Of a stretch of DNA of 64,000 nucleotides, positions 14,001 through 26,263 are shown in pieces. Under the pieces are notes generated by a model. The model searched no databases and was not told where the DNA came from. It saw nothing but the letters and a program-made list of their open reading frames with translations. Position 1 is the first letter of the stretch; every line of letters begins with the position of its first letter. Position numbers and translations under genes: made by a program. The DNA is taken from the NCBI GenBank assembly GCA_051362555.1, contig CM120646.1:6882001-6946000 (forward strand). Direction: 5' to 3'. Source of the stretch: Lingula anatina. Its lineage: Eukaryota; Animalia; Brachiopoda.

Positions 14001-17000
14001 CTTAGTCACCATTTTGAAATAAGCTGGTCAATGTTACTCTCTAACTACAAGGTCCGCTACTAGTCCGTAACAAAATATCCCTCCTTGGGGGAAAAAAAAA
14101 AACTTAAGTCAGATTCCCTGGCTAAGAACTCAATTACCACGGTTACATGGGCACATCTTACCCTATCAGGAGCAGTGTAACAGCACTCTCATGGAAATCC
14201 TAGTCAACTAGGCCAGGGAATTGACTTTTTCATTTATTTATTTATTTGTGAAACTGAGCGCTGATATCAGAGGGAAGGTCTATGTTGGGTTCTCAGCTGC
14301 GAGAATGTACTGTTTGATGTGAAAGGTTCGCGCCATGAAGGTTTAATTTACTCTTATACAAGTTACAACGATTATATTTGTAAAGGAAATTTTTGAAAAA
14401 TTGCATTTTTAGCTTGGTAAAACGTGCTCTTTTATTTCAGGATTTTAAAGGAAAATGTGAATAAATCAGAGCACTTTTCGTTGCGATCAAACAAAAGGCA
14501 ATTTTCCCTTTCGTTATTATCGTTATTATTATTATTATTGTCAAGGTCATCAATGCCATTAAGATGTGTCGTTAAATCTGAAGAAAATTCAAACTCGTAT
14601 TTTTAGTGTGGAATTTCTGACGCAATTAATCATTTATCCATGCAGTATGAGTGTAGACATCATTTTATTAAATATAAAAGTAACCCCAGCTATGACAAAG
14701 TGCTGAACATTTACCATTTACCAAAATTTAAAAAATAATAATGTGTAAGCATATGCATGATTGAACATAAAAATCATAGATTCGAAAATTTAAACAGCTC
14801 GTGTTCTATGGAAATCTATTTATTTTATTTTTTCACTTACAAATACATTTTGAAAATGTTTTTTATATACTTTTTAGAAATCGGGATTTCTTTGAATACA
14901 GACGAAATTAAAAATAAATAATTGTGTTTTAAGTAGAGAGTCATATAAAATGTGTCATATAAAATGCGTGTCAAATATTGCAGTTTATCGACTTGCATGG
15001 ATGCATTTTTTGCTCGACTTCATATTATGTATACATAACAAGCATTTTAGTCGCCATGTGTCCCATTATTTAACAACTGTTCATTTCCATCAAAATACAA
15101 TAATAAAAAACATGAAAAGTGTAGCAAAATGGTTGTATTGGTTTGCAGTCATTTCTCTAAAAATAGAGCAATTGATTCAGAATTTTATTATTATAAGAAT
15201 ACGCATTCTGTCAAACATACAAAAGTAGAAAGTGTAATGGGAAAAAATATTTATATGTTGATAATTATTACACGTTTTCTTCGATATTAGTAATTTTGGA
15301 AAACAAAATGCATGGATGATTGCTTTAGTCAGTAACAGCATAATAACGATAATGATACTTATTGTAATCTATAGAATGAGTATACTGTATATCGCACCGA
15401 TAATTTTGTATTGTAATATATCCAGTTTTAATTTTTTCCTGGAGACATTTTTAAATGTTAAAACTGACTCAAATGTGGATTGATACAGTTTTTAACTGCC
15501 CAGTTTGCACGAAAATGATAAAAATGTGAAATATTTTCATTACCATAAAAAGCTGTTCTTGAAGGCAAGTTTAGTTTAACCACTACGAAAAGAAGAAAAA
15601 AGGGAAAGAGACGATGGGTTAGAAAAAAAAAGCAAATGATCTAAAATCTGATTGGATACGACGTTTAAAGAAAACAGACGCGTCTCAGACTCTGGTACAC
15701 TTTTTATGACATCGTAACACACGGTTTTTACGGTTATTTTATACCAATTTTATGAAGAACGACGCGGGTCCGGGTGATCACATTTGACTGAACAATGCTG
15801 GTAAAACCAAGAAAGCAACTTGAACATGAAACCCACACCAGCACCGCCCTTGAGGTCATTTACAAGATTGCGTTTTGAAAAAAAAAAAAAAAATAGACTG
15901 TGGCTCGGTAATATGGAATTATTAGATTTTCGGGCTATATGCGATTGTGAGAATTCGAGTTATTGTCGAATCATTTTGACTGACCAGGAATTATTTTTAA
16001 CTACGGGGGAGGGGAGGGGTTCATGTACCTCCATACTGATTCTGCATAAATCATATTAGATTGAGAGAATCTAATTATTTTGTATCTTAATTTTCATTGG
16101 ATCTTTTTTTTTACTTTTCACATACAGAGTTATATATCATCCAGCTATTAAACTATTAAAATTTGCAAAGATAAAAGTGAAAAAAAAAAAAGGAGGTAAG
16201 CGTCAAAAACAGGTACTTTCTCCAAGTCCAAGAAATGAATGATTTATATGGACTGACCTGTCTATTTAGTTTGGACACGCCAATGTAATGTTTTCAATCT
16301 TTTTTTTTAAATTTCATGGCCCAATGTAGTCACTCTTCATCGAATTGCATGATATGCTTATGAGGGGGACTGTCACTATCTCTAGTGCCCGGACTAAGGA
16401 TACGGGTAACTCTTTGCAAAAAACATCCATCTTGTATTTAGAACCGGATTTAATTTATGACTGAAACTCTGTTTTCCTTCTTACTGGTGGTCCTCGCCTT
16501 ATAGACGCTGATACCCACGCGTTCAATGTACGGCATGGAGATATAGAAAAACTTTCAGAAAAAAAAACACAGAAGTCAAATATACAGTGAAAAAAAAAAA
16601 CACATTTTTCGATTTTTGAAAACAGGAAATAGTGTATGCCATAAAAATAACTCGAGCTGGGGAAAATGATATGAATTTTAGAAAATTTGAGAGGTATGAT
16701 TTGGGTTTAGAATAACGAGAAGAATTCTACCGATAACTTAAAGATGTTTGATATGGGATACATTGTAATTTTATTAACAACTGGTGTATATTTAAATTTT
16801 AATTTTTCTTCAATTTAGTTTTTAATCCGTGCTTTTTTTTATTTCTTTGGACATAAAATCTAACTGCTAAAATACCACAAATAAAGTAAAGTGCTGCTAA
16901 AAAAGAGATCTCATTTTTAATGATCCCTTTTTCGTCAATATTTTTTTCCTAATTAGGAATTCCAATAATTTCATTAAAAGTAATTTTAAATGTTAAAATG

Positions 17001-18464
17001 ATAATAGCCCCAAAAATTTACTAAGCCAACAAATTTTGAACATTTTACAACTTTTTATTCTATTAGTAAGTACAGATGATTTTGAAAATACACGGAGTGG
17101 TAAACGGGTTTTCGTTATTTCAAGATATTCAAAATTATCGAAAATAGAAAATTTTCAAAATGACTAAAATACACACTGAAGAGCTTTTACAGACCATTAA
17201 GAGAAATAAAGAGTATTATAAAAAAAGTTAATACAATATGAAAATTTAAAAAAAACTTCTAAAATTGTTTATGCGCGACATATTCAATACTAGGGATTCT
17301 TATAGTATTTTTGGTGTATTTTCCACAATGTCTAACGTCAACTACAAGATAACACATTATTCAATAAATGTCTCCTTACCGAAATCCGTTAACGCATCTC
17401 GCCATTTAAGTGTCGGTTTGTGAGCTTTTTTAAATAACTTAAATACGTTAAAATATCGTAAGCACACCATTTCTCTAGTAGGTCATATAATATGCCAAAA
17501 TGTGCTTTACAGAAAATAAAATAGTTGAAGTTCCGTATAAACGACTAATTGTTTTGGTTGACAATGAAAATCGGATGAAGGGGCGAGAATTGTTTTTCTT
17601 TTCTTCATGGCAATAGCCCAGAATCAATTTAAAAATTGCAGAGTCGGTTTATGAAAAAATAATCACTACCTTTCGGTGGCGTACGGCATCGTTTAGTTAA
17701 TTTTAGTGAATAATGTAATACAAATGATTGGAATCACTGCGTAAATAAAAAAACGCCAATAATTTTCGTCAGAGTGCAGACCGCTTCCCGTAGACGCCTA
17801 TTTATTCACAAAATACCTCATGACCGCATTGATCTCGGCGGTAAATTTCATACGAATTTTATGGCCCCCTGTAACATAAACTAACACTCAATAATCCTTT
17901 CATGTGCTGCCAGGGACAGATAGGAGGAATGGATAACCACTCGTAGCCTCACATTTGACCTTTCGAACACTCCATTTTCCCGTCGGTATACATCTGCATT
18001 TGTATGGCATGCTTCAGATAAAATGTGCTCTGCTTGCCCTCCGTACTTTAGCGAACTCTGATAAGAGGGTCTCGGCAAAAATTATTCCAATTTATGATTA
18101 AAATTGGAAGCAAACGCATTTAAAACGATTATACGTAATAAAAACGCGTGGAGGTTATTACGTGTTTGCCAGTTGGCAATTTGGGGAAAGAATCTTCAGA
18201 TCTAAAGCCACTTTTCCCCCTCTTTGGCAAGAATCGGGGTCTGAATACGCTAATAATTTTAAGAAAGAGAGTGGGGGCCGTGACCCTGTATCCACTTTTT
18301 GAGTAACGCTTTATGCTTTGTGCACCAGTTTTATCGGTTGCCAGACAAGCCTGAGAAGAATCGATTGCGTTTTGTCTCACCAGAAGCAATCGTTATGCCG
18401 TCTTCAAAATAAATGGGTGGGTTGAATTTTATGAAAATAAAAAGACTGTAAAAGTGTCATTGGT

Positions 18465-18468
18465 ATTA

Positions 18469-18504
<36 letters not shown>

Positions 18505-18519
18505 GTAGTAGTAGTAGTG

Positions 18520-18559
<40 letters not shown>
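18465..18559. repeat. Compound (ATT)n/(AGT)n microsatellite
   Basis: ATT run directly followed by an AGT run. Confidence 0.95.
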
Positions 18560-19950
18560 CATTGATAAGGATTATTTGACTCGTCCAATCTCTAAATATC
18601 CATAAAAGGTAATATCAATTGGAATTTATAATTTGAACACTGAAACGTCTGTCTGCATCAACTAACTGAATAAAATCAAACGAGAGAGAGAGAGAGAGAG
18701 AGTCCAGAGAGACAGAGTCCGGTTGTGGTGATATCTGCGGCTAGGGTGCTCGACATCGAACTTGAATTGTGGTAGTTGATCCAAGCATTGACGACTATTG
18801 CACGGCGACCTCGTATTGCTGACAGTTTGACGCAAATTGCAGCGCACTGTTGGCCAATATTTTGCATTTTCTCTTAGCTTTCCAGACCTTATGCAGTTTA
18901 TCACTGTTCACTGGCTGACTTGTCATAATCTCGTCTTTTTAAACTTCATAGGAAAGAAAAAGAAAACTCGATTGATTCAACGATGCATTTAAAACGAGTT
19001 GACATTTAAAATCATTGCCAGTAAACCGTACTAATGCTATAACGCGTGCAGTGCTCAGTGATGCGTCGTTACTGAAACTACTGCATTACTGTGTCTTCTA
19101 TGTACTGGACATACGATTAAATAGTTCAAATTAGCATGCAGAAACTTGAAGAAAGTGCAGTTTACAAGCTTTCTTATATTTTGGCTGACCTAGTGATTAA
19201 TTTGATTTATCTTTCGGAGCTCGGACTTTATAAAAGTCGCATAACAAACTGATGAAGTGATTTATATGCGTTACAGGGAATCTAGGCTTTCTACATACCG
19301 TGTACACAGTATGTTACTTAAACCTTACCATTAAAGATGTATCAAGGGACTCAAAAAACAACGACGTAGACAAACGTGCGGATACAGGGAATGAAAGTGG
19401 ATTTTTCCTCTTTTCACTCTCAATATCGTTTAAAACTCCAAATAAAAGGGGGGGGGGGGCGTAACTACTTCCTCCCCACCCCCATCCCCCATTCTCAAAC
19501 ACCCACACAGAATCTATATTTGTATTAAAACTCCAGTAATACTGTAGAAGAAGTGACTAATTTGACCTTACACCTGCGTTATGTAGGATGAGTGACAGTG
19601 GGACGCCACCCCGGGGGCAGCCTCCCCTAAGCCTTGAAATCTCAGACATTTCGTGAGGGAAGAAATGGAAAAAGAGGCCCCAATTAACGTCTTTTTGGGA
19701 CCTAGAGAACACTAACGATCTACCAAAAAATTCTGTACGCTTGGAATCTATCAAATTCATCATACTTGAAAAGACCAGAAGAGCATTGTACAGTGCCAGT
19801 CAGTGCCTTAAAAATTGAGCAGACTTTGAGTCAGGCGTTACCACGCAGACGAATCATACCGTACCTAAATAAATACAGTATATTCAATGTTAGTTTGGTT
19901 GCAATAACCTTGTGCTCCAACTTATTAACAATACATTTTTTCTGCCTCAT

Positions 19951-20160
19951 CAGGGACGGGTCAAGAATCTCCGCCCTGAAGGGCCCCGAAAACTTTTGGT
20001 AATTTAGAGGGCGAACGGTGCCATTTGATACGGTTTAGAACTATGAATCAGTTAGTCAAAATTCTAATTACAAGAGGGGAATATTAGTATGATTTTTTTT
20101 TCAGAAATCGAAAGGGGGGTCAGGACCCCCCCTAACACCCCTCCCCTAAATCCACCACTG
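19951..20160. mobile_element. Non-autonomous hAT-type MITE with 5-bp TSD (hAT5-like)
   Basis: Termini CAGGGACGGGTCAAG ... CTAAATCCACCACTG (imperfect TIR, CAG..CTG). CTCAT is duplicated at 19946-19950 and 20161-20165. Confidence 0.7.
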
Positions 20161-21559
20161 CTCATTCAGATCGGAACAGAAAGGATCCATGTAAGCCAAG
20201 TGTGTAGCCAAGCGTCCAATATTGTATCTATACACAACTGTGTTAAAACGTGTCTTTGTCGTCGCTGAATACCTGAGGATGGGCGCTCATTTAACTGAAT
20301 TCATATGATAATTGCCGAGTGGAGCGGTGACACATATGTCGAGCCTGGGGCTTAGGATAATTTCGTCACCTACACTCTCACCTTTTTTATTGTGACAAAC
20401 TTCTCGCTTTTACTCAGTTATTGTGTGATATAATTAGATGGTTTAACTTAAACCTTAGAATCATATGACAACTTGGCCTATCACGTTTTTTTTCTTTTGC
20501 TTGTTTTCTGTATGTATTTTATTCTGTACTTATACATTGGAAATGCATCTTTGTTAACAAGTTTTATATACAGTGCATTGCAATCTACACGCTCTTTACC
20601 GAGTACCCTTAAACTTGCGCTTATTTTATGAATGTCCTAATATAATGCTAATAGTATCATCGTTATGTTTAGTATACTGTGTACAGTCATTATAACAAGG
20701 CATTGCTCTACCCAGTATGTTTATGTGAGTAGTAGACCTAATTCTAACACGCCGTAAATTTACAATAATAACAACACGCTTATTTTATGAATGCTCTAAT
20801 ATTGAGTGGTGCTGATTATAGTACCATTCAGTTTTGCGCCTGTATTATTCCGGTTATGTCACATTTCTGAGAATACGTGTACAGTATCATGTTAATTATT
20901 TGTATGTACTGCGTTTGCACACCAAGTTCAAACAATAATTTGCTACAGTTTTCTCTCGAAAAACGTACAGATTTTTTTCTTTTTGTTGCAGTTTAAAATA
21001 AAGGCAGAACAATTGTTTTATTATTTCAGGTGTATTGGTGCGTAAAACTGCTATCATCCTTGACAAATATTTACATGTAGGTGCAGTCGGATGCACGTCA
21101 AGTTAAAAAAAGACACGTACATCCATAAAAACTTGAGATTACATAACAAATATTAATCCAATCCAAACTTAGACTTGTTTGATGTTTATGGCGTTCCATG
21201 TCCCTTAATGGCATTTATTCTATTTGAAGGAATCAAAAGACGGATTTTACGACCTCGAAATACATTCAACAAATAATCTTAAACGTTGTCATGCATATTC
21301 TTTGATTATTTTGTGATGGTACCTGTACATATACATCTGTACTTAAATTACATGGATATCTGTGATTTCAATCTAAAACATAATCCCTAAATGCTGACCC
21401 TTGTCACATAAACACTTATCCCATTTCAGACAGCCATTTATGAATCTTTGTTAAAAATATTAAGAGCAAAATCCAAGATAATAAATAATAGCCGTTTAAT
21501 CCAAAATTCACCTATGTTTTGCCCACCGGTGTGCCTTTGCATTGTGTTCCACGTTAAGG

Positions 21560-22450
21560 TACACCCCCTTTGTTGTTTTTTTATTCGTCTGATCGATCCC
21601 ACGGACCTCCTGTTCTCGCTTCAAGGCATCCTGTCTCTCTCCTCACCTGCCTGTGACCGGTAACCCTCGCTCTCATCTATCATCACAATGACAGCCGCAT
21701 CTGGGCCAACAAGATCCACCAGACGTGGCGAGCAATTACCGGCAATTTCAGGCTACGCTTTCACTAAATTTCAAAATGAAGGAGGAAGAGAATTTCGCTT
21801 ACATGTTTGTGTACTGATGCTCTCCTCGATCGAGCACTTCTTTTTTCCCTTTAAGCTGCACCCCTATTTTGTATGCTGTGGACGGCTTGCATGTATGACT
21901 TGAGGTTGGATTCAACATGGCTGCCGCCATTTCCATGGTGATGGATGCCAACGCATGCGCGTTTCTAACACGCTTTTCTCTCTGGTGGTACAACAGTGTG
22001 ATGCTGGGGGCGCTTGCTGTTGTCTGTTTAGCGCCTCGGGTAAGGATGTCTTTACCATTGACAAATGTCGGAGCAGAGGATGGATAGCGTGTTCTCGAAA
22101 GAGAGAGACGCTGACAGCTCAGCTCGATGACGAAGTCAGAGGTAGTGGGAAAACTTTTCACACCTGCCCCTTCATGGTACTTGCGGTGGAATCTTAAGGC
22201 GAAGATGTAACCAGATTGTAGCCAGAAGTAAACGGTGAACTTGTGCAAGGCTTTTGTCGCACGTGGACTAGCGTCTTGCCAACAGACCCTATCTGAGCAG
22301 CAGGTTACTCAGTGTCGTCTGCTATAGAAGTGGCACTACAGAAGGCAAGAAGGCAGTTTTGCAACAAAACGAACTGCTCTCAGGGGAGACATATCGTGTT
22401 AGTATAGTTCCACTTTGGAGGAACTGCGTCTTACGCCACAACAAAAGTCA
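21560..22450 (+). promoter_or_regulatory. Candidate promoter/5' leader region of Post1
   Basis: GC-richer than the flanks, pyrimidine/GA tracts and paired YY1-like motifs at 21913-21932. Lies directly upstream of the Post1 ATG. The TSS cannot be located from sequence alone. Confidence 0.4.
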
Positions 22451-22716
22451 AGGCGCTTAGAAATATTCACAGGTTGTTTCGGGTATTTTGACACGCAGAG
22501 AACGACATATTTATTTTGCTGATTTATCTATTAAATTAATCTTAACCGAAACAAACACATTACCAAGGAAATTTGAAGAAGCATTCGGCTGACTTAACAT
22601 TGGAAAGACACAGAGCCCACAATAGGGACTACACACTTGGATGTCAGGTATATTCACTGATATCAGTATAGATGTAGACATAGACTATTATTCATATACA
22701 GACCGCATTTACACTG

Positions 22717-23434
22717 ATGTATAACGATTTCACCCGTGGTATGAACCTAGGTGGCACAGTTTCCATGCCCAATATGAACGGCTGGCACCACTTCTCCTCT
22801 ATGGGTGCATACAGGGACGTGCAGGAGTTCCCCGGACCCCAACCCCCTCTTGCCCACCAAGCCGTGCCAATGGTGATCTCGACGTCGTCCCCTTCGTCTC
22901 TGTCTCCGCCCTCCGCCTTCACGAATCTGAACTCCTACAACAACGGGTTCCCCAAGGAGGCAACGCCAACGGGTTCTGGCATGAGCACCCCTGGTTCCTT
23001 GGCGGACCTTTCCAGCCGGACTTCCTCCAACGTCGCACCGGGCTACGACGCCTACAAATACTCACCGTGCCAAATCAGTAGTTTCTACCCGTATTCCTCC
23101 TACCCCAGCAGTGACCCTTGGTCAAGCGTGGGTAGTAACGCACTGTCCGCACCTCCACCTCCCCCTAGTTACCAGTACGCCCCCGTGCCACCGGACAGTT
23201 GTATGTATTCTTGCAGCCACACACATAATGCAGACACGGGCACTGGGTGGTCTCGTATGGACTCTGGGGGTCTCCTAGGTAACCCCCCGACCACCCCACT
23301 GGGGGAGAGTGGCCTCAGTCAGTCTCAGTCCATCTCAGGGGGTGGTCTCCTGGCAACCACGGCGTCGAGCAGCAGCGTTACTATGACAACGACGGATTCG
23401 CCGTATTCCAACGTCACAAGTTACTATATGAAAA
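22717..23434 (+). CDS. Post1: Post1 posterior Hox protein, coding exon 1 (Ser/Pro/Tyr-rich N-terminal region)
   Basis: GC-rich ORF with Hox-like S/P/Y-rich composition. It ends at a perfect donor AAAA|GTAAGT (intron starts 23435, phase 1), phase-compatible with the homeobox exon acceptor (A+AT = Asn). The joined CDS is 972 nt, 323 aa. A possible acceptor at 22700-22701 means an upstream exon cannot be excluded. Confidence 0.85.
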
Positions 23435-24296
23435 GTAAGTGATGTTTGTTTGATAATACTAAGATAGCATTGTTTCATAAAAGGTCAACCTAATACAAAT
23501 GTATCTCATTGTTGGAAGGCCCAACGCGTGTTAACTTCGTGCTAATGTTACACAAAACAGTGCAATGTACTTCTTTATTCGTCTGGAGTTATTATTGGGT
23601 AATGGATCCAACACGTTTGTTTGGTTTGGATTGGTTTGGTTTGACAAGTATATGATATCTACTGATCCAAGTCTCTGTCGTTCATGTAAAACGAACCACA
23701 ATATATCAAATCATTGTCTAAACTTATTTATCTTTTCTTCTTTTTTCTGTCGCAATTTGTAGATGAGACTTTCGCCATTTGTATTAATCGCCTAGATACA
23801 GAAAACTGGCACAGTCACGCGAGTAGTACTACACACTTTCATCCTTAAATATTTGATTTTACAGTTATTGTTTAAATGTTTACAACCTTTGAATTGAATA
23901 TCAAATAACGCGTACTTTTTAGTGCGTTGTCAGTTAGCGCCCTATAAATAGAGGACTTATTGTTAGAAACCACCTCAGATAATAGTTATGACAACCTCGT
24001 AAAAGTGAAATACCGTAGCAACAATTTATGACAAGTAGAGGCTTTAAAATGAACCTATATGTGTAGGATTTAATGATACAATTACTATAAATGAGCAGTG
24101 ACATAATGGTGTGTTGTTACTATTTTCTCGTTAAACTACCACATAAAATTACCCATAAAATGTACAGTTTGTTTGTATAGCTGTGCACATGTGTGTACTG
24201 TATAAATATGAAAATGTGGTTTGTTATATCCATTGCTGTGTATAATATCAAAAAAAGAAAGAAAAGCACGTGCGTAACTGGGTTTAGCGCGTGCGC

Positions 24297-24300
24297 GCAC

Positions 24301-24334
<34 letters not shown>
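24297..24334. repeat. (CA)n microsatellite
   Basis: Interrupted CA run in the Post1 intron. Confidence 0.9.
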
Positions 24335-24335
<1 letters not shown>

Positions 24336-26263
24336 GTGTACATTACGGAGTATCATTTTCATATATTTCCCTTTATTGTCTAAGGTCACATGTTCTTTGT
24401 CAGAACTTTAAATCCACGACCCAGAGCACAAAGATTCCATTTTTTACGAAGATTACGAAGATTTTTTACGAATATTGCAAGTAAGTTCTGTAAGCGGACA
24501 TTTCAATGTAATTTTGGGATGTTTAACTTACAGCACAATTAAAAATGGCTAATAGCTTGGCAAAGCAGACTTTCATTATTATTCTACCCTAACTTTGTAG
24601 CTTCGTCTTCTGAAACATTCCATGAAAATCCATTTTAAAAGTTGACCCGGCATCTGAATATTTAATTAAGAAAGTCTGGGTAAAATATATGCACTCTCAC
24701 TTAGATCAAATGTTACTAGCAATGAATTTGTTGCTAATTTAAACGTAGTCAAATTTAAAATAATAAAAAAATTATAAACATTTCTTTCACTTAAATATCT
24801 GCAGCAAGCATTAATAGGTTGGCCACGTGGCCATCAGAAAAAAAAAGTTTCTTAAGCGTTTCTTGTCATGATCATTATTTGGCTTCCGGAGTCCACGCGT
24901 AAATGAGCGATTCACATTTAACTCCCATCCGAAAACTAAAGCACGCGTTAATTGGCCGCTGATAATGCCCAGAGTTAAATGCGAATGTTTTGTATGGACT
25001 ATTACAACTGAAGGGCATGCTCACTCCTCAGATGTCTTTATTATATCTTGTTAAGGATTTTGCCGTAATGCGTTATTTAGTGGTGGTGCAACCACAGTCT
25101 TTCCCGGATATAGTTAACGGTAATATTTTTAGTGGGCTGATATTCATTTGTGTGTAATATGTTTATACAAAAATATGCCTAGGGAAAGAAACAAAATCGT
25201 GTATCGCTACTATTTTGTCATTCTAAAGGTGAATACCCAAAATGAACAGATAATTTGAAATAGGTGCGTTGGAATACAAATGCACAAATAAAGATAAATA
25301 GATTAAGTAATGCATAAATAGATGAAGGCGAAGCACAAAAAGTAGATAGATAAATAAAAGATCTAATTAACCAACTTCAACTGGCTGACTGATTGATTGG
25401 TTGATAATCTTTTTTATCACTTTCTCTATGTTTCTATATACCAGTACACTTCAATCAAAACTACATAACTAACAGAGGAAATGAGAAATTATTAACTTTA
25501 GGTAGGAAAGTTAACGTTCTTATCAACATATGAAGCTTTAGCTTTAGAAAAACCTGTAGATTTGTCAAAAATCAAAACTTAATTTGACAAATTTCGCTGT
25601 TTCGTGCTTTTACATTTGAACTAGAGACTGTTAATGTTGTCTGACTTGACTGAAAGTTTTCTTTTCCATTTTAAGTCACATTATTGTGACATTCAATACA
25701 TCCCCGGTACATTATATGATAAGTTATATAATCGCTTGCTCAAATAAAGTACAATGTCTAATAATACTAATAATTATGAACGTTTTAATTGTATTGCTTA
25801 CTGATAATCTTTTAGTAATACAAAAATATCAATAAATTCATATTTATTTTTCTTTTATCGACCCAAGTACTGTCCTTTTAACTCGATTTCTAAGCTTTCC
25901 TTAACAAATCCACAGTTCATATTGGGAATGTTTATAAAATTAAAGTTTTAAAACCAAGCGTTTAGAGAACAAGAGATCTTGCAGCAGTTGTTTAGGTTTC
26001 AATCTCTAAACAGAAAGGCCTGTGACCGAGCTGACAGCACGAAAGCCCACTTTGCGACAGATGCTAATGACAAGAAAATGAGCAGAAATGAGTGTATTTC
26101 GTGCAGTTTTACACGGTGCTATGGCCATTACTGCCTATTATGCAACATGTTACCATCCTCTAAATTATTGCCTTTGTCAGGAAATGTTGCGATTTTGGGT
26201 TTATTTTCAGAGCGTTTTTTTTTTTCAATTCGTGATCATCTTTGAGTTGCAAAGATGCTCATT

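Noticed and set aside
17863-18075. Possible old MITE (ggccccctgtaacataaact ... ctctgataagagggtctc)
   Set aside because: TIR too degenerate and no TSD found.
21799-22248. 149-aa minus-strand ORF upstream of Post1
   Set aside because: No recognisable motif; explained by local GC richness.
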